Positions 9,092 to 22,493 of a DNA stretch of 41,215 nt are shown one piece after another. Below the pieces are notes generated by a model, which made no database searches, was not told the origin of the DNA, and was given only the letters and a program-made list of their open reading frames with translations. Source of the DNA: Perkinsus chesapeaki ATCC PRA-425 (Eukaryota; Protista; Perkinsozoa); NCBI GenBank assembly GCA_013115145.1, contig JAAPAO010000306.1, forward strand, positions 1-41,215, given 5' to 3'. Within the stretch, counting starts at the first letter, position 1. Each line of letters starts with the position of its first letter. A program made the translations under genes and the position numbers.

Positions 9092-11335
9092 ATGGCATTA
9101 TTATTATCATCTTCTTCTTCCTCGTTGCAACATCGTTTAATGCCATCTCTGTGCTGCCAACCTACTGTTTCCTCTACTACTACCCTATTATTATGCCTAT
9201 TCTATGCTTGTTTATCTGGTTTTGCTTATGGTTATGATTTATCTGTTATATCTGCAGTCCTCCCCGATATTACTTTACATTATAACTTAACATCGACCAC
9301 TAAAAGCCTTGTTGTCACACTATTCTCGATAGGTATGTTAATTGGTAGGGTTTCTGGTGGTATCTTACAAGATACTTTTGGACGTAGGATTGGCCTAGCA
9401 GTAGCTGATATATTTATTATTATATCAGTATCATTAACCTGGGCGTTGGGCCCTATATATTATACATTATTATTAATATGTAGATTATTACTTGGTATCG
9501 GCATCAGCCTTGCATTATTAATAGGATGCACGTATTTATCTGAAATATCCCCACCAAAATGGAGGGGTAGAATGGTTACCTCTCATGAATTATCGGTTTG
9601 TATTGGATCACTTATTGGTTTTACCACCACAGCCTTTACCAATAAAGTAAGATTAAAAATCAAAGGAGCGGTATGAAACATATTGAGAAATATGTCGATT
9701 AGTAAAATAGTTTTCTATTGCGATTATTATCTTCACGTAATGTATAAAATGTAATGTAATTATTTATTGTTAATAAATCTCAAATTCCTTCTTAAAGTGT
9801 TGTTTTCATTAGTCTTGCCTTCTCCTTTATTATAATTATTGTTGTTAGGAGGTCCTGACACCATGGGCATTAATAATAGGCATTGCGGTATTCCCAGCTC
9901 TATTACAGCTAATATTAACGTAATAATATAATTGGTTTTATTGATATTAATACTTTATAGATACTTCCTACCTGAATCACCAAGATGGCTGATAACAATA
10001 GCAAATGGAAGTAATACTATAGACGAGAAGGATAGGAGACTTACACAGTTTAATAAGGTGGTTAAAAGGTAATAAAGGATCTGATAAGGAGGAAGAGGAT
10101 ATATTATTAAAATTGGGTATAAATGTATATATCCTATGCCATTCTATTATTATTGTATATATCATCACATTTTAGATTGGGTTATTCTCTGAATGATGAT
10201 GAAGTTAAGAATATGATTAATTCAAGTACTGAAGATGAAGAGGAAGGAGCAGTAATATTAAAGGGGAGGAGGGGCAGCAGTCGGGTATATGTCAAGGATT
10301 CATTTCAGGTAGCTATCGATAATAATAAAATAACATGGTTAGATCGTTGTATCCATGCCATTAAATATAATAAAAAGGCATTATTATTAACAATAATAGT
10401 GTGTGGTACAGCATCGGCTTGTGGCTTTTATGCCTTTCAATCCTATGCTGCTGATGTTATTGCATTATTAACAGATAGGACTATACAATTTGTACAAGTA
10501 CATTATTTGCCTTATGTTGGCCTTATGAAACTAGCTGGTACAATAGTAGCACTGTTATTGATTGATGGCACTAGGTTGGGGGCTAGAGGTGGTAGAAGGA
10601 AGTTGTTATTAACATCAATAATAGGCATTGCTATAAGTGAAGGAATATTAGCAATATTATTACAAATAGTAATAATAATTATGATAATAATAATATTATA
10701 TATTTATTAATAGGTTAATTCATCGAATAATACAACTACTATACCTGAGGCGGTTGCTATTACTTTATTTTATCTTGTTATATTCTTCTGGAGCATTGGA
10801 TTAGGACCAATATTACTAATGGCTGCTAATGAGTAATAATAAAGGAGAAGAGCATTAGGTGTATTAATAGTATATAGTTATTTCACGACTAGTGTGGTTT
10901 ATATAATAAATACTTATTAGACAATTACTTTCATCATTACTTGATTCAGTTTCATTGCCATTTGATAATAGGTACATGCCAACATTGACCCGAGGTGTTG
11001 GTAATAGTATAGCCTTAACTGTTACATCTATATTTGAGATAGCCTACCAACAAGTATGTAATAATTTATAATATATTTATAATTATAACCTTTAGACATT
11101 TGAAAGTATGTTGTATTCGAGCCCATCTCCTTCCTTGCCATTTTTTATATATTCTATAACATCATTATTATCCTTTGTGGTGTTATTAAAGCTATTACCG
11201 GAGACTAAAGGCTTGACTTTGGAGGATAGCAGCAGTTATGCTATAACAGTTGGCACCGGCACTGGCAATAAGGATGAATGTAATAATATAGAATCTTCGG
11301 GTAGGATTAATAAGATACTTTTCAGGTCGGAATGA
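9092..11335 (+). CDS. MFS sugar porter family transporter (multi-exon)
   Basis: GFAYGYDLSVIS, DTFGRR, YLSEISPPKWRG, PESPRWL (after splicing), GRRKLLL, LPETKGLTLE. Confidence 0.92.
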
Positions 11336-11925
11336 GGTCGTTGTCGGTAATGGGTTATTGGATAGAATAAAGAGATTGTTTATCGGTAATAATAGATATA
11401 TGTCAATAAATAATAATAATGATACTAGTGATAATTAATATTTATATTAATTATATTGTGTTATTATAAAAGTACTACTAGTCATTTCATAATACTCGGG
11501 GGAAGGGGGTTAAGCAGTCGAATAAATAATGACCAAGTTAACTTATTATCATAGTTGCTGTTGTACTAATATATAATATACTATTAAATGATAATAAATA
11601 TAATGCATTATTAAATATCTTGTTTTTCTTTGTTCAGGTGGTGGTGGCTGCTGCCGTACTGTACGGCAAGATGGAAAGGAATAAACGTCATAAGTTGCAC
11701 ATTGGAGTTATATTAATTTACTATTACTACTACTTCTCCCTTCTGCCTGCTTTCGCATCATCTGTTACTCTTGTTTTCTTTATTAATAATTATTGTTATT
11801 GTCAATACGTATGGGGGGGGAGGGGGATGTTTGCCGAACTGCTGCTGCTGTCAATCGAAGGTGTTTTTTTGATATCATTGTATAGACGAGTGTTTAATTT
11901 GAATATTAGGTTGTTGTTGTTAATA

Positions 11926-13372
11926 ATGTTCAACAACGGTATCAATGGTAATACAGATGAGCTTTTGGATCCATCATTAAACGAAGGTCACCGTATAGTA
12001 TATGATAGGGAGATACCTTTAGAATTAAGAGTTATGGGTAATAATAAAAGAAGAAGGGTTAGTAGTAGTAGTTATTATTATATAATATTATTATTTAAGA
12101 TAATTGTATAATACTGGGGGGTTTGGCTATAGATTGTGAGTAGAATGATGCAGAATATGAGCAAGATATAAGGGACAGATATTGTGTTGTGATGATATGT
12201 TAAGATGTTGTTAACACTTGCTGATGTTTGAGTATCATTTTAATACTGTTGTTGTTATTATCTTCCTTCTTTCCTTTAGGTTCTTCTTGCCCTCCACCTC
12301 CACCTCCTCCAGTTGATGTTGGTACACTGGAAGCTATTAGATGCAAGGTTATGATATTGGGCGAGAATGAGAATAGTTTTAAACATTGCAGAGTTGAATT
12401 AACATCTGAAAATGATATATTCTTTCATTATACACATTCACTTGATGAGATGCAATTTAGTAATATAATAGCCTATAATAGCCTTTAATAGTGGTATTAT
12501 TTAGGGGAGGTACAGGAGGAGCAAAAGTTAATGATAGAATTCAGCGAATATGTTAATGTATTTATTAAGATGTGCAACTCCTGTATAGCAGGTAATAAGA
12601 TCAAAGAGCAGGAGACAATAATAGTGTTAGTAGTGATGATGAGATAGTAGTATTTATTATTCAGAACCACATGCCTTCTTGGGTGTATTGGTAATGACTA
12701 GAGATGGTACTGCTAGATTAGACTTTGTACAGAATATGGAGTAATAGGAGGATGGGAGGAGGAGGAGGTATGGATATAATACTATTAGATATAAATTTAT
12801 TGAACTATTAAGTGCTGAATTTATAGCATCACCAGAGGAGATTATTAAACAACAGATAACATATAGGTAAGTGATAGGAAGGGGGGGAGGGAGGGAGGTA
12901 TACTGTAATAGTACATATAATCCTAGCATCAAGCTAAGATTCCTTTGCTTGAACTCGCTTAAAGATACAAGACCGTTTAAATTATAGTTATCAATAGCAG
13001 ATAATGCGATATATTTACACATCATCATCATCATCGTAATCATTGGTGGTGGTGCCAGATATAATGCTATTAAGAGTAAATTACAAGCATCTCAAAGTAG
13101 ATTACAAGATTTTCAAGCTATAGTTAAATTAAAGAATCCAAGCCTTTTATTACAAATACAAAAAGGTAATATAACACTATTATTATAGTTAATATTATAT
13201 CACAGCAGCATCATCATCATCATCGAATGGTGGTATGATGGTAGTAGGAGGTAATAATAATAATACATCACTATCATCAAGTATGATGATGAGAAGTGGA
13301 GATAATTCCCCTATAGGAGGTAATAATAGAAGTGTTATGTCAAGTAGCAGCATGACCAGGATGATGGCGTAA
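11926..13372 (+). CDS. SAS6L: SAS-6-like protein (SAS6_N domain plus short coiled coil)
   Basis: Spliced exons give DPSLNEGHRIVYDREIPLELR, DVGTLEAIR, RVELTSENDIFFHYTHSLDE, QEEQKLMIEF, RLDFVQNMEYKFIELLSAEF, KLKNPSLLLQIQK. The protein ends soon after, lacking the long coiled coil of canonical SAS-6. Confidence 0.85.
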
Positions 13373-13650
13373 CGTTAATAATTAATATTAATATTAATTT
13401 GTTGGGTTTTATCATTATAATATTTTTATGGGAATGTTATAGTGTTAAGTTATCCAATAGTTATCCAAGGCTATCATCATAAGGAGAAGATGATGATGAT
13501 GATGACCAACAGCAGCAGTAGCAGTGGGAATTGGTGGATAAGAAGTGTCTTATATAGTAGTGTATAATAGTGTTATCATTATGAAGTGGTAGTAAATGAT
13601 GACACTACACCTATTAAGAATTTAGGCTTTATTTTACAATATAATGATAA

Positions 13651-16600
13651 ATGAGAGTATTGTCAATATCATCACCGGGTAGAAGGAGAAGGCCAACATC
13701 ATCGTCATCATCAGCATTAATATTGAACCATAATAATTTAATAAATATTACTATTGGTGGTATCATATATGTTATATTATTAATAATGTAATATTATATA
13801 ATAGTGTATAATATTATTAATAATAATATTAATACGTAGATATGTATCATATAGGCTCAGCAGTTCTGATAATGATGAAGATATTAATTATAATAATATA
13901 AATGTAAGATTACTGTAGATTATTATTATTGTGGTGATGATGATGAATAGTAATAATAATGTTAATAATAATAGATAGGCCTTCGAGGGGGACAGAATGT
14001 TGCACAATTACATACCACAACAACAACAGTAGTAGTAGGTTTGTTGATGGATAAGGTAATTAATAATACGAAGGTTAAGGCTTACTTTAATAGTAAAGTA
14101 ATAATCAGGATGATGATGAAGAGGATGATAATAATACAATAATACTAAGAGATAATAATGTAATGATTGTAAGTATGTATTATTATTACAGTATATATAA
14201 TCTTAGATAGCAACAACCTATAACAAGAACAACAACCATACGACAGCAACTACAACAACAAGAAGAAGAAGAACAGGGATGCAGCAGCAGCAGCAGACTA
14301 GTATACATGATGATAATAATAAGGTTGTTATATTTAATAATAATACTTAATAAGGGCCCTATGATTGATTAGGATACATTATTATTATCAAATGATAATA
14401 TTACTTCTGTTGGGGGGTGTAATAATATTATGATGATGTATATTACGATATTACCATTTATATTTATTATTAGGTATATATAATAAATATTTATCTAGAT
14501 ATCTGGGGGAATATGCTGCTGGTGATTCAACTATATATAATACAATTAATGATGCTATTAATAAATGTAATGTACTTGGGTATTATTGTAAAGGAATAAC
14601 CTGTATTAATAATAAGGATATAAATGATGAATGTAAGGAGGAGGGGAAGGAGGAGGGGAAGGAGGAGGGGAAGGAGGAGGGAATTATATTAACATCACTA
14701 TTATTATTATTATTATTATCTTATACAATGATGATGATGATGCTACTCTAACTATCCACGATAATGTCGGATATTATTAATTTCAATGTTTAATTAAGAT
14801 AGTAATACATTATTAATATAAGGTACGGTTCGTGCTGGCACACCATACCTTGCAGTATCTAATGATAATGAGATAAGTTATGTTAAATATAATTGTACTA
14901 ATAATATAGGAGGATTATTGGTAATAATAATATTAAAAATAATAACTAAAGCTCTATTATCAGGCACCAGATGGTGGTGGTGGTGAGGTTAAAAAGGATA
15001 TTACGAAAGGTAATGGTAATCATAGTATATTGAAGAATAGTGCAATAGTGGTAATATTGTCATATGATAATGGGGAAGTTGGTATTAGATTATGGCACAT
15101 AATAGGGAACAATATTTAAGTGCATGTTTAAGTTCATTATTAAGCCAGAATGATATTGATCTATTCACAGTGTAATAATAATTATTAGTTGTTATTATTA
15201 TTATTAATGTTGTTGTTATTAGATATGTATCAATTGATGATAATAATGCATTTAATAAAATGGACGATATTATAAAGGAAAAGGAAAAACAATTTAATAG
15301 ACATATTGGTAATGTTATTGTGAATAAATAACAACAGCAATACAGTTACTATTAACAGAAGGCTTCTTCTTCTGTCTTTTCTTGTTATTGTGAATATTAT
15401 TTTTCTAATAACTATATATGGATAGAGTGATCTACTTTTACTTGACTACAGTTACGGAGGATATATGATTTAGATAACATCGTCGTCGTCATCATCATCA
15501 GATACATTCTTTCTTGGCCTCCTCCTCCTCCTTCATCATACTTAGGTATATGGCATAAGCCACCACCTCCTTCATTGATGATGATGAATAGAGCATATGA
15601 TAGTTTATCTAGTATAATGATATCATCACATTATCAATATGCACTTAATAATGTATATACCATACATGGACATGATTATGCAATATTTATTGAAGATGAT
15701 TTAATACTAGCTCACGACTTCTTAAAATTATTTATTCATAATGCTTGGTAGTAGTATAATATAAAGTATCTATTATTATACCACCACTGTTTATTATTAT
15801 TAGGTTATTAAATGTAGATGATACATTATACTGTATAAGTGCATGGAATGATAATGGTTTTAAAGAGTATGTTAATAATAATAGTGTATTATATAGGACT
15901 AACTTCTTCCCTGGTTTGGGGTGGATGGCTAATATTAGTATGTGGTATAGAATTAAAGATAAATGGCCAATAGCACCAACTACAGGATGGGATCATTGGA
16001 TGAGATTAAGTAATAATAATAATAGGGATGGTAAAATAATAGGGATACATAACATTATTAATATAAGTATTTACTACTTAACCACCACCACCATCACCGC
16101 CTTTAGTGGATGAAGTAGATAATAGTATGACGAATTAAGAATGATATATTAATAGTAGTATTATTAACTTAATATTATTATTATCCCATACTTTTATATA
16201 TTTTATTATGGCACTATTATTAACTAGAATTATTTAATAATAATTACTCTACCTAATTAGTGACTGGGAGGGTGAATTATCATTTAAAAGCTTAGTAACA
16301 TCATCATCATCATCCTCCTTCTCTTCCTCCTGCTGTCATGCTTTATATCAATATTATAATAATAGGTACCACTCATGACGGTAGGGAATGTATCTATCCA
16401 GAGGTACCTAGAACTAAGCATACAGCAATAGAGGGATCTAATGTACATATTAATGATCAAACTAATATATATGATAGAATGGTATTAAGTGATGGCAGCA
16501 GCAGTAATATAGAGAAAGATAAGTGGTTTGGATATAATATGATAGTAAAACAATATGATGATGATTTAAAGGATATTATTAATAAATCTAATATTATTAA

Positions 16601-17840
16601 TATTGATGATTTACAAAGGGTATTGGACAATAAGGAAGGGATAAGCAACAGCAACAGCAGCAGCAACAGCAGCTATATTGTAATAATGATACAGCTATAT
16701 CAACATCATAATACATAATCATATATGGATGAATGGTTATGGTTATATAGTATAATTGTTATTAATCAATATACTATCTCTCCCTACTCCTATTCCTACT
16801 ATTCATCATAGTCTTATGTATCTTACTTGATATTACTCATATTATAGTTATATGCTCATCATCATCATCATCACCACATAGGCCGTTATTAATATTATTC
16901 ATGTATAATGATATTATTGTGATACTACTACCCGTATATCATATTTATACGTATAAAGTATCGGGTCGTCTTATGGGTATAATAATATTAGTTATTATTA
17001 GATACCATATATGAGAGAAGAGTATCCAATAATACAACAGAAGCTTAACTTATTTCCTAATTATTTTAGAGGACAACATAAAGGACTTGTTATTATTAAA
17101 TTATATAATGCTCGAATACGGTATTAATACCAGGTTCGATCCCTGGTAGAGGTATTTTATTATTAGATTAATATTTATTGATCGTCGTAAAGGAGGTGAA
17201 TGGTTATTACCTTATAATAATATAGCATTAACACCACCAGCTGATATGATATATATAACAGGAGCAAGAGGTATGTCATGTCATGAGGCATGCGAAGAAG
17301 GAGGAGGAGAAGGGGGGAGATATGTATGTAAAGATGATTTAATAGAATATGGTAATGATTGTAATATAATGTAATAATAATAATTATTATAATAATATAT
17401 AAGTTGATAATACTAAGGTTATCTTACTTCCCATGTGAACAAGGATGCGGTCATCAATTAGGATTGGAGTTGCCAGCTTATGTAAGAATATCATGCCGCC
17501 AAGGTGGTGGTGGTGGTGTGATTAAACAGTAAAAAGACGGCTAGAGGAGCTAGAAGAGGAGGAATGATAATTTATTACTTTGTGAATAAATATTTATCGT
17601 AGTTGCTATTACGAACTAAGTAAGCCACGTAGTAGATAAGTTTTATCAAATCCAATACGGTTAATGAATGAAACGGTTGATCGATAATATTATCTCTTCT
17701 TCCTGGTGTGATAGTGGTGGTAGGTGATGGATGGTTCATTACAAACATATGGACAATGTTTAATAACAGATCATGGTCAACCGGCATGTGCTGCAAAACA
17801 TGTATCAACAGCAAGGATGTGTACATGTATTAATAAATAA
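13651..17840 (+). CDS. GT13 (GnT-I/POMGnT1-like) beta-1,2-N-acetylglucosaminyltransferase, type II membrane, with Cys-rich C-terminal extension; many exons
   Basis: N-terminal hydrophobic anchor; SHYQYALN, AIFIEDDLILAHDF, YCISAWNDNG, YRTNFFPGLGWM, WDHWMRL, GRECIYPEVPRTKH; C-terminal SCHEAC...C...NDC...PC...C...CAAKH..TARMCTC*. Confidence 0.85.
14635..14681 (+). repeat. 12-bp minisatellite (aaggaggagggg) x~4, reads as KEEG repeats
   Basis: Direct tandem copies at 14635, 14647, 14659 and 14671. Confidence 0.9.
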
Positions 17841-18125
17841 TATCATTTCTAATATCATCATATTATTGAGTTGTAATAATAAAGGTTGGTTATTATAATA
17901 ATACAGTTTATGCTTTATAACTTTTAATAATAATATTGTTATTGTTCGTATTGAGCATATTATAAAATGTAAAGTTATTATTATTGATTCCTTCGTCAAG
18001 AAGTAGAATGTTATATAATTAATGATATTCTTAATTATGTTTTAATATATAATTATTATTAATCTTTATAGTTGACTATATTATGTTGTATATACAGTAA
18101 TATTATTACATTCCAAATCCATTTG

Positions 18126-21100
18126 ATGTCATCATCAACAGATCTAACTATGATGACATATGACCAGCAGCAGCAGGAGGAGGATGATGACATACCATCG
18201 ACTATAGACTTCTTGGGGGTAGTATGATAATTAATGATAAGTATAGAAGAATACGGTATAAATGTATTAGCCAAACCATGCATTAATGCAACCATTACAG
18301 AAGGCATTATTAGACAGGATGATGAGGAAGGTTAATAGGATAAGTATATTATTAAAGTAATGGTGTTAGCGGAGGGAGCGGTATGAATATTGATGGGATT
18401 GATAGGGATAAAGAGGAAGAGAATAGAAGATTAAGTCGATATAGGGAGGACTTAGGCAGTCAGTTATATACATTTCAACAACAATTAGGGACATTACAGA
18501 CAAGTATTGAAGATGCTAATAATAATAGGAATAATAAAGATGATGAAGGTAGTAGTATTATGAGTATTGTTAATACAGTACTAGATGATGATGATGTTGT
18601 TATTGGTGTTATTGTTAGTGAGGATAATAAAAGATAAATTAGAAGGTTTAATACAGGAATATGACGAATCTAATAAAGATATGAATAAACAAATAGTATT
18701 ATTGGATAAAGCAAGAGATGAAAGGAATGAGGTAAATTATATATTAACTAGTACGCCATGCTTAGGATGAGGAGGTTTATACATATCCTATTAATAGATT
18801 CAATTCTCGCTGGTTCGATTGCCATGTCTGGCATTTTTATAATGATGATGATGTATTGCTGTTGTTGTTGTTATTAGGTATTACATGTATTAGATCAACT
18901 TAAAGGTTATAGAGATAATATAGAAGGTTATATAGCATTAAAGAAGAGGGAGGCATATAAAGGGGAAGATAATATACAAATAGTAGAAAAGGATAAGTTA
19001 GAGCAAGATGTAGGGAAAGTATGGTATAGAGAGTAGAGGGGGTTTATGGTGGATTAATAATAGTTACTAATAGATGATTTAAATAGAAGGATTAAAGTAG
19101 ATTCAGAGAAATTGATATTATTAGAAGGACAGATAGAAGTACAAATAAAGGAAAGAGATGGAGCTAAAGCAATGATAAGGTAAAGAGGGAGTGAGGTTGA
19201 TGTATTAGAATACAGTATTTATTATTATAAATTAATTGTTATTGTTAATACCTCCTCTTCCTCTTCCATTAATATATTGTTGTTGTTGTTTTCAGGGATG
19301 CACTAGAGGCCTTAAATGATATAAATGGCGAAAGAAAGATAATAAAACAACAGGTAGAGGGGAAAGGGGTTGGAGGAGGAGGAGGGAGGGAATAGTTTAT
19401 TATTAGATTATACTATGTATAGAAGTATTATAGTATAATTAATGTTCACAATGAATAATAATATGATTAATTATATAATACAATAACGTGTTGTCATCTA
19501 CTATTACTACTACTTATTAGGTTGGTAATAATTATATAGGAATAAGAAAGAGAGATGAGACTATGCAAAAGATGATGGAAGAGACTAATAATATAACAGC
19601 TAATATATTGAGTAATACACATTAATTAGGGTAGATTGATGATAGATAATAATAATAAGGTATGGATACAGAGGAAAGGAATATAGGGAAGGTGGTAGTA
19701 AAGAAAAGGGGGATAGAGGAGATGTTACAGGGGCATGTTATAAAGAATAAATATGAGATAATGCAACTTAAAGGGTTAATAGAAGGAGGGGAGAGGAATA
19801 AGGTTAATATGACAGAGGAGTATGATATGTTAAATAAGTCATTATTAAGTATTAATAATGATAATAATGCATTGGATGGTATTAAGGATAGATATAATAA
19901 AGAATATAATAATATAGAAAAGTAATACCATTTAGGAGATGATAGGGAATTATCATTATTATATAATATAATCATATTAACCACTATTACATATATATAT
20001 TATTTCAGGGACATTGAAAAGATAAACAGAGAGATTAATAGTATTGGTGAAGGCATATTAGAGCATATAGGACAAGAGACAACTATTGATAGAAATACTA
20101 TAAATACAATTAAAGGTAGTAGTAGTAGTTATAGGAAAGATGGACGGTATGGAAGATGGTGATGTTGTTGTGCACGCTGATAGAGGCAAAAGATGTCGAA
20201 GAGAATAATATTAAAAAGGAAGGTGATATAGCATTAGCACAGAATGATAGAGCGAGAGGAGTAGTGGATGTTATTAATATTAAAGTAATAAGACTGTATA
20301 AGGGTTGTTAATAATAATGTAGTGTAATGGCTATATAGGCACATAATAATGTATTAGCTGATAGGATACAGGAATTAGAAGGGGGATTAATAGAGATGGA
20401 GGAGATATCTGATAAGTAATAAATGATGACGTGAAGGATGTATGTTAATAATTATTATCAGATACGAGGAAGATATAATAAAGAGGATGAGGCAAATAGA
20501 TAAAAAACAATTGATGGTTGAAAGATTAAATAAAGAATATGATGATAAAAGGAATAGTTTTGCCGATGTTGCAGCTGAGGAGGCAGAAGCATTAGGGCCA
20601 TTAGAAGCTAAGATAAGGGGATTGAGGAATATGGTATGGATAGAGAAAAGAGGAAGAGGAGGGAGGGTGATGTTGTTATTGTTGGTAGATTGATGAATGT
20701 CGACGGAAAAGTGATGAAATGCAAAAGAAATGGATTATAACACAGAGTGAACTGAGAGAGATAAATGATAATGAGGATGATATTAAAGAAAGATGTGACA
20801 TATTAAATACTAAAATAATAGTAATAACAACACCACCACTGGGCGGGTGGGGGGTAGGGTATTAAATATAGTAACTCTAAGGTTGGGGAATATAGTATTA
20901 CTTAAACCGGCCGGCGTATAGTCGTTAATAATGAGATTAGATTAATGATGTTGATATGATTGGTATTATAGGTGTTGGAGGAGAAATATAGGAGATTAGA
21001 AGGTGCAATAAAGAGGAGAGTTGATGAAGGTAAGATATGTAAAAAGGAGATAATACAATTAAGAGAGGATATGGTGAAGATTAATAAAAGTAGTGGAGGG

Positions 21101-22404
21101 AGCGGTATGATAAGGGTAATGATGTTATTAGAAATTGGGGAATATAGGAAAAAAGAGGGTATAGTTAATAATGAGTTAAAGGATGTTGAAGGGGATATTG
21201 CTAATAGATTGATTATATTAGAGGATAATAAAAGTAATAATAGGTATTAATTGTGGTTATAGTGATAATAATGGTGTTATTGTTGTTAGGTAAAACATAT
21301 AAGGCAGTTAAAGATAGTAAAGAGAAGAGTATTGAATTAGAAGAGGAATTAATAGAAAGTGAGAGACAACTTGCACAATGGGAGAAGAAGATTAAACTAG
21401 AGGAAGTAACGATAATAATAATATATTATTATTAAGTGCTATTGTTATTAGGAGCTACAAGCCAGTCTAGACCCTAATGTTGGACAGTCAGAGATAGGGG
21501 CAATGAAGAAGGAGATACATAGGATGGAATTAAGATATAGGCAGTTGATAAGGAGACAAGAGGAGATGGTTAAAGAGATGACAAGAGCTGTAGAAAAGAG
21601 GGATATTATTGAATTAAAATATGAAGGGGGAAAGAATGATAATAGAAATACTAGAATAAAGAAGGATATTAATACTAATAGGAATATATTAGGTTTACAG
21701 AGAAAATTAAATGTAATAATAATTAAGTAGGATGATAATAATGATGATGATGATGTTAGTCTATGAGTGAGGCAGTGACAATGGTTGATGTTGATATGAA
21801 GGAAAAGGAAGGAAAGATAATAACAACAACAGAACAGATAAGAGATTTAAATGAAGTATTAAATGGTACAGATGAGGAGGCTGGAATGATGTTAAAAGAG
21901 GTATTAATAATAATAATAATTATAATTATATGGTTATGATGATGATAAGGTATGCGAAGGGATAGTTAGGAAAGGTAGACAATTTAGTGAAGTAGTTGGT
22001 ATTCAACATGAAACAAGAAGATTAGAGAAATGGGCTAATAAATTAGGAAAGTCAACAAAAGGTAGGAATAGTTACATAGTTATTGTTATTATAGTTTATT
22101 AAGATAATGTTAGATGATAATAATATTAGTATTAACGGCACTGGTGAAGGATCAGCAATTGATGCACAAAGGAGACAGTTATTAACATATCAAGAAGGAA
22201 TACATAATATATTAATAGATATGGCTGATAGGTGAGATGGTGTTAGTGGTGTTGGTGGAGGTGGTGTAGGTGGTGGAGGTAATATTATTGAATAGATACC
22301 CGACATTACAAGAAGCATGGTCTGAACTTATTGATTGGTCAATGGAAAATAATGATATAATAAAAACAACAACAACAAGAACAACTGGCGAATATTCATC
22401 ATGA
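18126..22404 (+). CDS. CCDC40: Coiled-coil domain-containing protein 40 (axonemal 96-nm ruler, FAP172); many exons
   Basis: FLG|PNHALMQPLQKAL, REDLGSQLYTFQQQL, KKREAYKGEDNIQ, GIRKRDETMQ, LGPLEAKIRGL, QKKWIITQSEL, MKKEIHRMELRYRQL are characteristic CCDC40 segments in the expected order. Confidence 0.85.
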
Positions 22405-22493
22405 ATATGATAATGAGCAAGTTGTGGTTATTATTATTAAATGTTGAGTTAATAAATAGTAAACACAAAGACATAACAGAAGGGAAGAAACGT

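Noticed and set aside
18059-18307. Minus-strand ORF as a small membrane protein
   Set aside because: The plus strand here splices into the CCDC40 N-terminus (FLG|PNHALMQPLQKAL), so this is a shadow ORF.
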